Shown piece by piece: positions 38,087 through 48,600 of a stretch of 64,000 nt of DNA; within the stretch, counting starts at the first letter, position 1; each line of letters starts with the position of its first letter. Position numbers and translations under genes: made by a program. The notes below the pieces were generated by a model. That model was not told the DNA's origin. It ran no database searches and was given only the letters and a program-made list of their open reading frames with translations. Where the stretch lies: the IMG/VR virus record IMGVR_UViG_3300030060_005695; one strand, 5' to 3'. The stretch is from a virus.

Positions 38087-39088
38087 TTGACAAGAACATT
38101 ATTAGTTGACGGAAATTCCTTACTAAATACAGGTTTTCATGGTATAAAAAATATGTATAATGGTACTGACCATATAGGTGGTCTATACCATTTTCTTAAT
38201 ACCTTAAGAAAACTAATAGACACCTATCTATTAACTAAAATTGTCGTTTTTTGGGATGGGGAAGATAATACAAAGCCCCGACTTGAACTATACCCAGATT
38301 ATAAATTAAATAGGAGGTTAAAACCCAAACCACAAGATGACCTACAATCATACGCTAAACAAAAGTTAAGAGTACAAGAATATCTAGAAGAACTTTATGT
38401 CCGACAAGCAACATTCAAATGGTGTGAAGCCGATGATTGTATAGCACACTACATCAAAAAAACCCAAAAAGAAAACATTATTATATTAACTTCAGATAGA
38501 GATTTATTACAGTTAATTGGTGAAAATGTTTCTGTGCATATAATTTCTTTAAACAAATTATTTAAATATGGTGAGAAAGTACCTTTAAATGGTGTTAACA
38601 TACCATCATCTAATGTTAGGGTTGTAAAAACCATATGTGGAGATTCTTCTGATAATATATATGGGATAAAAATGGTTGGGGTAAAATCATTAGTAAAAAT
38701 AAAACCAGAAATTTTAGAGGAAAAAGTAAGTCTAGAGGATATATTAAAAACAATACAATCTAAAAAGAAAATAAATAAAAAAGAAAAAAATATATTAGAA
38801 GGTGTGACACAAAAAAAACCAGATAGTTCTATATTAGAAACAAATTATAAAATTATTGGTGTTGGGGAACAATTTCTAACTAAAGATGCCGTAAACGGAA
38901 TAAAAGACCTATCAAAAGAAGCTATAGACCCAGAAGGAAGACACTGGAAAAATGCTTTGGACTTGATGATGTCAGATGGAATTCTTAATATTTTACCAAA
39001 GAAAGATGACTCTTGGGTAGATTTTGTGAGACCATTTTTAAGATTAACAAGAATAGAAAAAGATTTTTATAAAAATAAAAAAAGATGA
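38087..39088 (+). CDS. 5'-3' exonuclease / T4 RNase H-like flap nuclease
   Basis: LLVDGNSL, YPDYKLNR, EADDCIA, TSDRDLLQL, GDSSDNIYGIKMVGVKS; TTG start. Confidence 0.9.
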   Translation: MTRTLLVDGNSLLNTGFHGIKNMYNGTDHIGGLYHFLNTLRKLIDTYLLTKIVVFWDGEDNTKPRLELYPDYKLNRRLKPKPQDDLQSYAKQKLRVQEYLEELYVRQATFKWCEADDCIAHYIKKTQKENIIILTSDRDLLQLIGENVSVHIISLNKLFKYGEKVPLNGVNIPSSNVRVVKTICGDSSDNIYGIKMVGVKSLVKIKPEILEEKVSLEDILKTIQSKKKINKKEKNILEGVTQKKPDSSILETNYKIIGVGEQFLTKDAVNGIKDLSKEAIDPEGRHWKNALDLMMSDGILNILPKKDDSWVDFVRPFLRLTRIEKDFYKNKKR

Positions 39089-39534
39089 GTAAAATTAAAC
39101 AAAAAGGAGAAAATACACAAAAGTGTGAATTCGTATTAAAATTAGGTAATAATATAGTTTGTCAGAGATTCTTTTCAGTTAGGAACTTTAACAATAGAGC
39201 AACTAACTCAATAGACTTACATTATGCTGTACAAGGTGTAGTTAATGATATTGTGGATGACTTAAAGCTTAAAACTTTATATTTATTAGAAAGTAACTTC
39301 AGAGAAAATGTTTTAGATGAAGGTTCAGAAGATGAGTATTTTACGATAACTATAAAAAAAGGAAACAAGGTAATTTACGACACAATTACACCTGCCAACA
39401 TCTATCCCCCAAAAGTTAGATACACGGTAGATATAAGACCACAAATATCTTATATATTAAGAGAATTGACCGGAGTACTATCACAAAGAAAAGTTACAAC
39501 CAACTACCAAGATTATGACCTAATGGTCAACTAA
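39085..39534 (+). CDS. Hypothetical protein in replication block
   Basis: 149-aa ORF overlapping the exonuclease stop (ATGA). Confidence 0.6.
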   Translation: MSKIKQKGENTQKCEFVLKLGNNIVCQRFFSVRNFNNRATNSIDLHYAVQGVVNDIVDDLKLKTLYLLESNFRENVLDEGSEDEYFTITIKKGNKVIYDTITPANIYPPKVRYTVDIRPQISYILRELTGVLSQRKVTTNYQDYDLMVN

Positions 39535-39563
39535 TCTAGTATTTATTAAAAGAATAAAAAAAT

Positions 39564-40943
39564 ATGACAGACAATAAAAATTTTGGTTATTTAGGTTATA
39601 ACTTTCAGTTAAAATTAATTAACCTAATAGTAACAGATAATACTTTTTTCCAGTCAATAATTGATGCGATTATCGCCAAATATTTTGACAACCAGTACTT
39701 CAGATTGATTATGCAATTAATCAAAGAGTATTATGAAAAATACCAAACAGCACCTTCATTTGACGCTTTAGACCAACTAACAAGGATAGAAATTTCTTCT
39801 GAAATGGCAAGAAAAAATATTTTTGACATGTTAAAAGAGATTAAAGAAGTTTCATTTGAAGACCACTTATTTATCAAAGAAAAGTCCATTAAGTTCTGTA
39901 AACAACAAGAACTTAAAAAAGCTATCAGAAAAGTTGAAAATATAATGGAAAAAGGTGACTTTGAAAGTTATGATAAGTGTGAAGAATATATACGTGACGC
40001 TATTAAAATTGGTGATGGTGATATGGGTAGTTTTGAAATTTTTACAGAATTAGAAAAACTATTGGAGGATGATTATAGACATCCACTACCAACAGGAGTT
40101 GACGGACTAGATAATATATTAAATGGTGGTTTAGCTAAAGGGGAAATAGGTGTGGTTTTAGCACCCACAGGTGTTGGTAAGACAACTATGTTAACTAGAT
40201 TTGCTAACACAGCATTTAATATGGGTTATAATGTATTACAAATATTTTTTGAAGATAACCCTAAAATTATACAAAGAAAACATTTCACCTGTTGGACAGG
40301 AATACCTAACGATGAGTTAAGTAACCATAAAGAAACTGTATTAGATAAAGCAGATGAAATGAAAAAAACTGGGGGTAAATTAATATTAAAAAAATTACCT
40401 TCAGATGAAATGACAATGTTACAGATTAAAAATCAAGTAAGAAAAATTATATCTGAAGGAACTAAAATAGATATAGTATTAATTGATTACATTGACTGTA
40501 TATTACCAGACCGTTCATTTAATGACGAATGGAAAGGTGAAGGTTCTGTTATGAGAAAATTTGAGGGTATGTGTCACGAATTAAATATAGCAGGGTGGAC
40601 AGCAACACAAGGGAATAGAAGTTCTATTTCTTCAGATGTTGTAACCACAGACCAAATGGGGGGTTCTATTAAGAAAGCACAAGTGGGACACGTAATTATT
40701 TCAGTCGCAAAGACTTTACAACAAAAAGAAATGGGATTAGCAACTATAGCTATTGTAAAATCAAGACTAGGAAGAGATGGTGTCATATTTGAAAATTGTA
40801 AATTTGATAATGGAACTTTAGAAATAGACACTGAAACTACACAAACATTCCTTGGTTTTGAGGAAGAAAAAACAAATAGAAATAGAGAAAGAGTAGCTCG
40901 AGCTCTCCAAAGAAGAGAACAAATAATAAACAAAAATAATTAA
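39564..40943 (+). CDS. Replicative DnaB-family helicase (T4 gp41-like)
   Basis: PTGVDGLDNILNGG, Walker A APTGVGKT, LIDYID, WTATQGNR, KSRLG. Confidence 0.9.
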   Translation: MTDNKNFGYLGYNFQLKLINLIVTDNTFFQSIIDAIIAKYFDNQYFRLIMQLIKEYYEKYQTAPSFDALDQLTRIEISSEMARKNIFDMLKEIKEVSFEDHLFIKEKSIKFCKQQELKKAIRKVENIMEKGDFESYDKCEEYIRDAIKIGDGDMGSFEIFTELEKLLEDDYRHPLPTGVDGLDNILNGGLAKGEIGVVLAPTGVGKTTMLTRFANTAFNMGYNVLQIFFEDNPKIIQRKHFTCWTGIPNDELSNHKETVLDKADEMKKTGGKLILKKLPSDEMTMLQIKNQVRKIISEGTKIDIVLIDYIDCILPDRSFNDEWKGEGSVMRKFEGMCHELNIAGWTATQGNRSSISSDVVTTDQMGGSIKKAQVGHVIISVAKTLQQKEMGLATIAIVKSRLGRDGVIFENCKFDNGTLEIDTETTQTFLGFEEEKTNRNRERVARALQRREQIINKNN

Positions 40944-40956
40944 TAAAAAGTAAAAT

Positions 40957-42861
40957 ATGGAAGTATCAAATAAGATTCTGTCGGATATTACTGTCTACAT
41001 GAAGTACGCTAAGTATATTCCGGAACTAAATAGAAGAGAAACGTGGGATGAATTAGTTACCCGAAATAAAAAAATGCATATAAAGAAATATCCGCATTTA
41101 AAAGAAGAAATAGAACAAAAATACAAATTTGTTTATGATAAAAAAGTTTTACCCTCAATGAGAAGTATGCAATTTGGTGGTAAACCTATTGAGATTAGTC
41201 CTAATAGAATCTATAACTGTGCTTATGTACCTATTGACCATATTGACTCTTTTAGTGAGACAATGTTTTTATTACTGGGAGGTACAGGTGTTGGATATTC
41301 GGTACAAAAACACCATGTAAAAAAATTACCCGTAATCCAACAACCATATCCAAAAAGAAAGAAAAGATTCTTAATTGGTGATAGTATTGAAGGATGGGCA
41401 GACGCCATTAAAGTTCTTATGAAAACATATATGAATGGTGGTGGTAGTAGAGTAGAATTTGATTATTCTGATATTAGACCAAAAGGAGCTAGATTAATAA
41501 CATCAGGTGGTAAAGCACCAGGACCTCAACCACTAAAAGAATGTTTAGTGAAAATTGAAGGTTTATTAAATCAAAAAGAAAATGGAGAACAACTTACAAC
41601 TATTGAAGTACATGATATCGTATGTCATATTGCAGACGCGGTATTGGCAGGTGGAATACGTAGAGCAGCTCTTATTAGTTTGTTTAGTGCTGATGACGAT
41701 GCTATGATTGGATGTAAATCCGGTAATTGGTGGGAACTAAACCCACAGAGAGGTAGAGCAAATAATTCAGCATGCTTAATGAGACATAAAATTACTAAAG
41801 AATTTTTTATGGATTTATGGAAAAGGGTTGAATTATCTGGAGCGGGAGAACCTGGAATTTATTTAAACAACGATAAAGATTGGGGAACTAATCCTTGTTG
41901 TGAAATTGCTTTAAGACCAAATCAATTCTGTAACTTATGTGAAGTAAATGTCTCAAATATTGAATCACAAGAAGATTTAAATGACAGAGTTAAGGCAGCA
42001 GCATTTATAGGTACTTTACAAGCAGGATATACTTCCTTCCACTATCTAAGAGAAATATGGCAAGAAACAACTGAAAAAGATGCACTTATAGGTGTGTCAA
42101 TGACTGGTATTGGTTCTGGAAAAGTACTAAAATATGACATGAAAAAAGCTGCTAGTCTAGTAAAAAGAGAAAATACAAGAGTTTCTAAACTTATAGACAT
42201 AAATCCTTCAGCAAGATGTACGACAGTAAAACCAGCCGGAACTACGTCACTGACATTAGGAACATCTTCAGGTATTCATGCATGGCATAATGATTATTAT
42301 ATTAGAAGAGTTAGAGTTGGTAAAAATGAGGCAATTTATACCTATTTAAATATTAATCACCCAGAATTAGTTGAAGATGAATACTTCAGACCACATGATA
42401 CAGCTGTTATTAGTATACCACAAAAAGCACCGAAAGGTTCTATTTTAAGAACAGAGTCACCTTTTGATTTATTAGAAAGAGTTAAAAAGGTAGCTACAGA
42501 GTGGGTAAAATCTGGACATAGAAACGGTTCAAACTCACATAACGTGTCAGCAACAATTAGTTTAAAAGAAAATGACTGGGATAAAGCTGGAGAATGGATG
42601 TGGGAAAATAGAAAATCATATAATGGTCTATCAGTATTACCATACAATGGTGGTACCTATACACAAGCACCATTCGAAGATATCACTGAAGAACAGTATA
42701 ATGAAATGATGAAATCTTTAAAAGATGTTGATTTAAGTAAGGTAGTTGAATTAGATGACAATACAAATTTAACTGGTGAATTAGCATGTGCGGGAGGAAG
42801 TTGTGAAATAGATGTAGATGTTAAATCTCTTGATAAAGAAAAAGAAGTTGAATTAAGTTAA
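40957..42861 (+). CDS. nrdJ: Class II (adenosylcobalamin-dependent) ribonucleotide reductase
   Basis: PSMRS, YNC, GGIRRAALI, TNPCCEI, CNLCE, VKPAGT, C-terminal CAGGSC; no R2 subunit gene adjacent. Confidence 0.85.
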   Translation: MEVSNKILSDITVYMKYAKYIPELNRRETWDELVTRNKKMHIKKYPHLKEEIEQKYKFVYDKKVLPSMRSMQFGGKPIEISPNRIYNCAYVPIDHIDSFSETMFLLLGGTGVGYSVQKHHVKKLPVIQQPYPKRKKRFLIGDSIEGWADAIKVLMKTYMNGGGSRVEFDYSDIRPKGARLITSGGKAPGPQPLKECLVKIEGLLNQKENGEQLTTIEVHDIVCHIADAVLAGGIRRAALISLFSADDDAMIGCKSGNWWELNPQRGRANNSACLMRHKITKEFFMDLWKRVELSGAGEPGIYLNNDKDWGTNPCCEIALRPNQFCNLCEVNVSNIESQEDLNDRVKAAAFIGTLQAGYTSFHYLREIWQETTEKDALIGVSMTGIGSGKVLKYDMKKAASLVKRENTRVSKLIDINPSARCTTVKPAGTTSLTLGTSSGIHAWHNDYYIRRVRVGKNEAIYTYLNINHPELVEDEYFRPHDTAVISIPQKAPKGSILRTESPFDLLERVKKVATEWVKSGHRNGSNSHNVSATISLKENDWDKAGEWMWENRKSYNGLSVLPYNGGTYTQAPFEDITEEQYNEMMKSLKDVDLSKVVELDDNTNLTGELACAGGSCEIDVDVKSLDKEKEVELS

Positions 42862-42881
42862 ACTAAGATTTAAAATAAATT

Positions 42882-42919
42882 ATAATAAATGGTGATTCTT
42901 TTGAGTCACCATTTATTAT
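42882..42919 (+). terminator. Long hairpin, probable terminator after nrdJ
   Basis: ATAATAAATGGTGATTC-TTTT-GAGTCACCATTTATTAT inverted repeat. Confidence 0.65.
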
Positions 42920-42934
42920 CTAATATAAATTAAA

Positions 42935-43141
42935 ATGAAAATAAAAGACGACTGGATTGAAGAATTATATTATAGAGAATTTATAAAACCTAAATTACAA
43001 CCAAAAGATTTTTACTGGGAAGAAGGTAGAATGGTGATGACAGAAGAGTACCACAAAAAAAGAGGCTATTGTTGCGGTAACAACTGTAGACACTGTCCAT
43101 ACCAACCAATCCATCAACAAAACAATAAAGTATTAGCATAA
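42935..43141 (+). CDS. Small Cys-cluster protein (DUF5522-like)
   Basis: MVMTEEYHKKRGYCCGNNCRHCPY motif. Confidence 0.7.
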   Translation: MKIKDDWIEELYYREFIKPKLQPKDFYWEEGRMVMTEEYHKKRGYCCGNNCRHCPYQPIHQQNNKVLA

Positions 43142-43192
43142 CAACCAACACTATAATAAACCAATCTTTGAAGTATTTATTATAAAAAAGAA

Positions 43193-43660
43193 ATGCCAAC
43201 ACAAAGATACGGTATAACATTTCCATTTGTAGATAGTCCAGAAGGATTTTTTTTAGGACTAAACACAGATACGGATAGTGAAGTGAGGTCTAACCTAATT
43301 CATTTAGTACTTACCCCAAAAGGGTCTAGGTATTTTTTACCTGATTTTGGTACTAATTTAAATAAATATGTTTTTGAATTAATGGATACCACCACTAAAA
43401 TATCTATTGAGAGAGAAATAAGGGAAGCGGTCAATAAGTATATACCGGGATTAACCATAAATAGTGTTGAGGTAAAAACTTTAGAAGATTTAAAAGCTGA
43501 AGAAAAATTAAATGAACAAACTACAGATTTATCGATGGATGATGGTAATATGAGTTTTGTTGGTGAAGCACAAAGAAATTACTCCATGAGAGTTAGAATT
43601 GATTACACATCAGGAGATGGTGTGTTTGAAACTAAAGATTTTGTTATAATAGATTTATAG
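43193..43660 (+). CDS. Baseplate wedge protein (T4 gp25-like, sheath initiator)
   Basis: VRSNLIHLVLTPKGSRYFLPDFGTNL..YVFE; TATTTAT at 43174-43180. Confidence 0.88.
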   Translation: MPTQRYGITFPFVDSPEGFFLGLNTDTDSEVRSNLIHLVLTPKGSRYFLPDFGTNLNKYVFELMDTTTKISIEREIREAVNKYIPGLTINSVEVKTLEDLKAEEKLNEQTTDLSMDDGNMSFVGEAQRNYSMRVRIDYTSGDGVFETKDFVIIDL

Positions 43661-43661
43661 T

Positions 43662-45500
43662 ATGGCAGAGAAAAAAATAGCATATACAGAAAGAGATTTT
43701 CTAGGAGTAAGAAATGAGTTATTAAGATTAACTAATACTTACTATCCAGATTTAATTAAAAACGCGAATGACGCTTCTATATATTCTGTATTTTTAGACC
43801 TTAATGCTGCGGTAGCAGACAATTTAAACTTCCAGATAGACAGGACATTCCAAGAGACAGTTTTACAATACGCACAAGAAAGAAGTTCTTTATATAATAT
43901 AGCAAAAACTTATGGGTTAAAAATACCTGGTAATAGACCTTCTGTTACGGTTGTAGATTTGTCTATCATAGTACCAGTATTAGGTGATAAAGAAGATTTT
44001 AAATATTTGGGTAGATTAAGAGCTGGTTCACAATTTAGAGGTGCGGGTCAAGTATTTGAATTGGTTGAAGATTGTGATTTTTCATCTCAATATAATGCAG
44101 AAGGAGTACCCAACCAAACTAAAATACCTAATAAAGACGCAAATGGGATAACCCAAAATTACACAATAGTGAAGAGAGAGGTTGTTGTTAATGGGATAAC
44201 TAAAGTATTTAAAAAAGAAATTACAGATGCGGACTCCAAACCGTTCTATAAAATATTTTTACCTGAAAAAAATGTAATTGGTGTAACATCCGTAATACAA
44301 AAACCAGGACTAGGATACCAAACTATACCAGCAAATAGTGAATTCCTATCAACCACTTCTAATAAGTGGTATGAAGTTGAAGCATTAGCACAAAATGAAG
44401 TTTTTGTGTTAGACCCATCTATACCTGCTGATATGCCAGGAATTAAAGTTGGTAAATATATAACAGTACCACAAAGATTTATAACAGAATTTACACCGGA
44501 AGGATTTTTTCATTTAACATTTGGTAGTGGGAACCAAACCTCCCAAGACCTATTAGATAATTTTGCATCTAAAGGTGTTAAATTAAATATGTCTAAATTT
44601 TTAAATAATATAGCTTTAGGTAATTCAGTTAAAGCAAATACCACACTTTTCATACAATATAGAGTTGGGGGTGGTAAAGCCGCAAATATTGGAGCTGGTG
44701 CAGTTAATACGGTGGGCACTATAGATTTTGTGGTCGGTGGTCCCAGTCAACAAATAAACCAAACTGTCGTAAGTAGTTTAGCTGTGACTAATACTACCGC
44801 TGCTATCGGGGGAGCAAACCAAATGACACCAGATGAAATAAGAAATTATATATCTTTTAATTTTGCAGCTCAAAATAGAGGGGTGACAATTAATGACTAT
44901 GTTTCTAAATTAAGAACTATGCCGGCTACATTTGGTGCACCCGCAAAAGTTGGTGTGACAGAAATAGAAAATAAAGTTAACGTTAATGTACTTTCATACA
45001 CCCCAGATGGTAAACTAACTTCATTAGTTAGTGATACTCTTAAAAATAATATAGCAAATTATTTATCTAATTATAGGATGTTAAACGACTATGTTGTTGT
45101 GGGTGCCGCTAGAGTGATAGATTTAGCTTTTTCTATTGACCTAATTTTAGAAAAAGATGCAAATGAAGGTGAAATAGTGACTAATGTTATAACCAAAATA
45201 AGTGATTATTTTGCTGTTGACAAAATGGAATTAGGTGAAGACTTAGCTTTAGGTAACTTAAGAGCTTTTATTATGAACCAACCGGGAGTCTTAAATCTAA
45301 CTGATATTTTAGTTTTTAATAAAGTAGGGGGTAATTATTCACAATCAGTAACAACACAACCTTATGTTAACGCGACTACAAAACAAATAGGGTTAATTGA
45401 CGATACTATCTACGCTCAACCAAACGAAGTACTTCAAATACGTTTTCCAAACCAAGACATCGCAATTAGATACAAGAAACCATCTAAACCAGTACTTTAA
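43662..45500 (+). CDS. Baseplate wedge protein (T4 gp6 / P2 gpJ-like)
   Basis: YTERDF, AQERSSLYNIAKTYG, FGSG, YRVGGG..NIG, AQNRGVTINDY. Confidence 0.88.
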   Translation: MAEKKIAYTERDFLGVRNELLRLTNTYYPDLIKNANDASIYSVFLDLNAAVADNLNFQIDRTFQETVLQYAQERSSLYNIAKTYGLKIPGNRPSVTVVDLSIIVPVLGDKEDFKYLGRLRAGSQFRGAGQVFELVEDCDFSSQYNAEGVPNQTKIPNKDANGITQNYTIVKREVVVNGITKVFKKEITDADSKPFYKIFLPEKNVIGVTSVIQKPGLGYQTIPANSEFLSTTSNKWYEVEALAQNEVFVLDPSIPADMPGIKVGKYITVPQRFITEFTPEGFFHLTFGSGNQTSQDLLDNFASKGVKLNMSKFLNNIALGNSVKANTTLFIQYRVGGGKAANIGAGAVNTVGTIDFVVGGPSQQINQTVVSSLAVTNTTAAIGGANQMTPDEIRNYISFNFAAQNRGVTINDYVSKLRTMPATFGAPAKVGVTEIENKVNVNVLSYTPDGKLTSLVSDTLKNNIANYLSNYRMLNDYVVVGAARVIDLAFSIDLILEKDANEGEIVTNVITKISDYFAVDKMELGEDLALGNLRAFIMNQPGVLNLTDILVFNKVGGNYSQSVTTQPYVNATTKQIGLIDDTIYAQPNEVLQIRFPNQDIAIRYKKPSKPVL

Positions 45501-45613
45501 TAATCTTTACTATAACCGCATGTTAAGTACTTTTAGTTTTAATGGTGGAACTATTTATGTTATAAGCACCATAAATGCAATAAATTATTTTAGGGGGTGT
45601 AATAATATAAACT

Positions 45614-48600
45614 ATGGGTAAATCATTTAGAGTAAGGACAGATGTTAGAGTTGGTGGAGCAAAAGACAAGAATGTAACTTTTGAACTCAGCCAAAACTTT
45701 GACTTACTTGAAATTCTTAGTCTTTCATTAACACAACAAGATGTTTATACACGTATGTGTGCAGATTTTGGTGTAGTTGTTGGTAGGGTTATAACTAACG
45801 GAGGATTCGGAATACCAAACGCCAAAGTATCTATATTTATCCCACTAACCGAAGAAGATGAACAAAACCTCGTAATAAAAGAACTTTATCCCTTCAAAGA
45901 ACCCTTTGACGTAACTGAAGATGGTAAAAGATATAATCTATTAAGTAGCGAACCAAACTTTGACTGTCATGTTACAGTTGGTAGTTTTCCTACATTAAAT
46001 GATGTTTTAAACAAACAAGAGGTAAAACACGTGTACGATAAGTACTATAAGTATACGGTTAAAACTAATGAGTCAGGTGACTTTATGATATATGGTGTTC
46101 CAGTAGGGGACCAAACTATCATCATGGATGTTGATGTAAGTGACATAGGTTGTTTTTCTTTATTACCAGAAGATTTTAAGATAAAAGGATTTCCAGACTC
46201 TGATTTTGATGGAGCAAAATTTAGAGATGATATAGTTATAGACAGCCTACCTCAAGTACTAAGTCAACAAAAATCTATAGATGTTAGACCTTTTTGGGGT
46301 GACGAAGAATTTTGTAGAGCGGCAATAACTAGGGTTGATTTTGATTTAGGACAAACAGGGTTTAAATTAGAACCTAATGCTGTGTTTATGGGTAGTACCG
46401 CATCTGATACTGACAAAGATTCTGTAAATAAAAACTGTAGACCAAAAGCAGCAATGGGTGAACTATGTAGTCTAATATCCAAACCAGGGATAATAGATTG
46501 TATAAGGTATACCCCATTTTTCCAAGATGACCCAAATGCTTACCCCGCTTATACAGCAGGAGGGTGGGGTGCACCTCTAGGTGGAGAAGTTCCAATACTT
46601 GAAAGATTTTACTTACCTAATGGGGGTAGGGTAATTGACGATACAGGTTCTTTCTTAGTCCACGTACCAATGAATTTAGATTATATGACAACTAATGAAT
46701 TTGGGGAAATGGTACTTTCAGATGACCCAAGTATAGGGGTACCTACTAGAGCGAGATGTAGATTTAGAATAAGACCTGAACAAGCAACGGGAGGAGCAAG
46801 ACAAAGAAGAATAGCTAGTTACCTAGTACCTAACATCAGGGAATTTTATGACCCATGGGCAGGTGACGATAATGGGGATTGGCCAGGTATAGACCCTTCT
46901 TCTTACGCTTTTTCTGTAAATTATAGTGACTACAATCCTTGGGCACAAAGAAATTTAATGCCTGCAGCAAAAGATGTTTTTTATGACATGACATTTAACA
47001 GGGTATATACTTTTTCACAATTTCATGACCATATTAAACATGGTGGTAGAAGAGAATTTGTGGGTATAAAAAATATATTACCTGAAGCGGACCAACAATG
47101 TGCTACCACAGCAATGTTTTTCCCAATAAATAGTGCGGTAAGAGCTCCTAGTTTAATGGTATTCCTTTGGATGTTCCTTATAGATTTTCTAGGGATGATT
47201 TACATGTTCTTAACAATACTAATATCAACACTAGCTGTATTCTTAAGCTTAATACTGGGGGTTATATTATTTATTATGTGGTTATTATGTTGGCTTTGGT
47301 GTGCAATATATTGTATTCGTATCACTCTTTGGGGTTTTACAATATTAGATATGGCTTCCCTAATTGGACCTAATGGTGCACCACCAGAAGAATGTGGACA
47401 AATTTGTATTAGTGGTCCTAATTGTTTTGGTTGTGCTACTGATTGTAGGTATTTTGGTTTAAGAATGGGGTTTGTATTGTTTACTTTAAGACAAACAAAA
47501 TATCCTGAGTGTGAAAAATGTTTATGTAGGACTATGGGTGATATGGCAGTAACAGATTCTCTTATATACCTAGCCTCACAATGGCCTTGCCCTGGTTCAT
47601 TACCATGGGGAGCATCCGGTAATACCACGTCAACTTCCTCATCAACATGTGTACCACAATGTCCACCAGGTAATGGTGCTACTGGTGATGACTTTGGTGG
47701 TAAATGGGAACACGATTGTTGTTCCGAAAGTGACGAAACAAGAGTTTGTTGTCCAGACCATTATGGTTTTAGGTCGGATGATGTCAATGACCCCCAAACA
47801 TCAGGTACTACAAATGATGGGGTTGCGGGTGGTGGCTGCTATGTAAAATTAATATGTTTTAGCCCAGCTTGTATCGGAGCAAACTACAATCTTAAAGTTT
47901 TAATAGAATGGACTAGAAGGGAAAAAATAGCACAAGCATTGTGTAATGGTGTTATGAATTATTTTTGGGAAAATAGTTGGGTAAGTGGATTCTTATACCA
48001 ATTCCAGTTTAGAGCTAAAGTAGAGTATGACCCAGCAAATGATACTTATGCCACAAATTCAACGTGGTGTAAAAAATTAACCTACCTACACCCAACAGAA
48101 CATGCTTTCTATTATAGGTCAACCCCTTTCCAAGTTAGTGGTATCGGTGTAAATCAAGGTAATTATATTGGTGATACTGACGGAGTTTATAAACCATGGT
48201 ATCAGTTCTGGGGTGGTAACAACACAAGTGATATGCATGGTAAAGGTGATATGGATAGACACATACTATTCCCAACGACAATGGTAGATATGGGTTCCAG
48301 AAATCAATGTATACAACAAATCTGTATGGACCCTAATTATGTTAATGAATGTTCAGTTACTGACCAGATAGGTAGTACAACATTCCAAGACATTACAGAA
48401 CTTGTTTCTGACACCTATAACCTTAAAATGCAACAACCACTAGCTTCAATGTCTACTTTCTTCCCACGTCCAGAATACGAAATTGGTGGTGATGTCGCAC
48501 AAGCACTTATGCAAAACTGTATGTTAGGTGTGGTAGGGTATGAAGCTAATGTAGGTACAACAGCTTGTGAATGTGACTACCAACTTAATATATCTACAAC

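Noticed and set aside
4457-42861. Inteins, introns or homing endonucleases in polymerase, helicases, RecA or RNR
   Set aside because: Protein lengths are ordinary and no intein splice or LAGLIDADG/HNH motifs were seen.
45397-45621. 74-aa ORF bridging gp6 and the 1218-aa gene
   Set aside because: TTG start inside gp6, spans a promoter-containing intergenic region and has no recognisable features.
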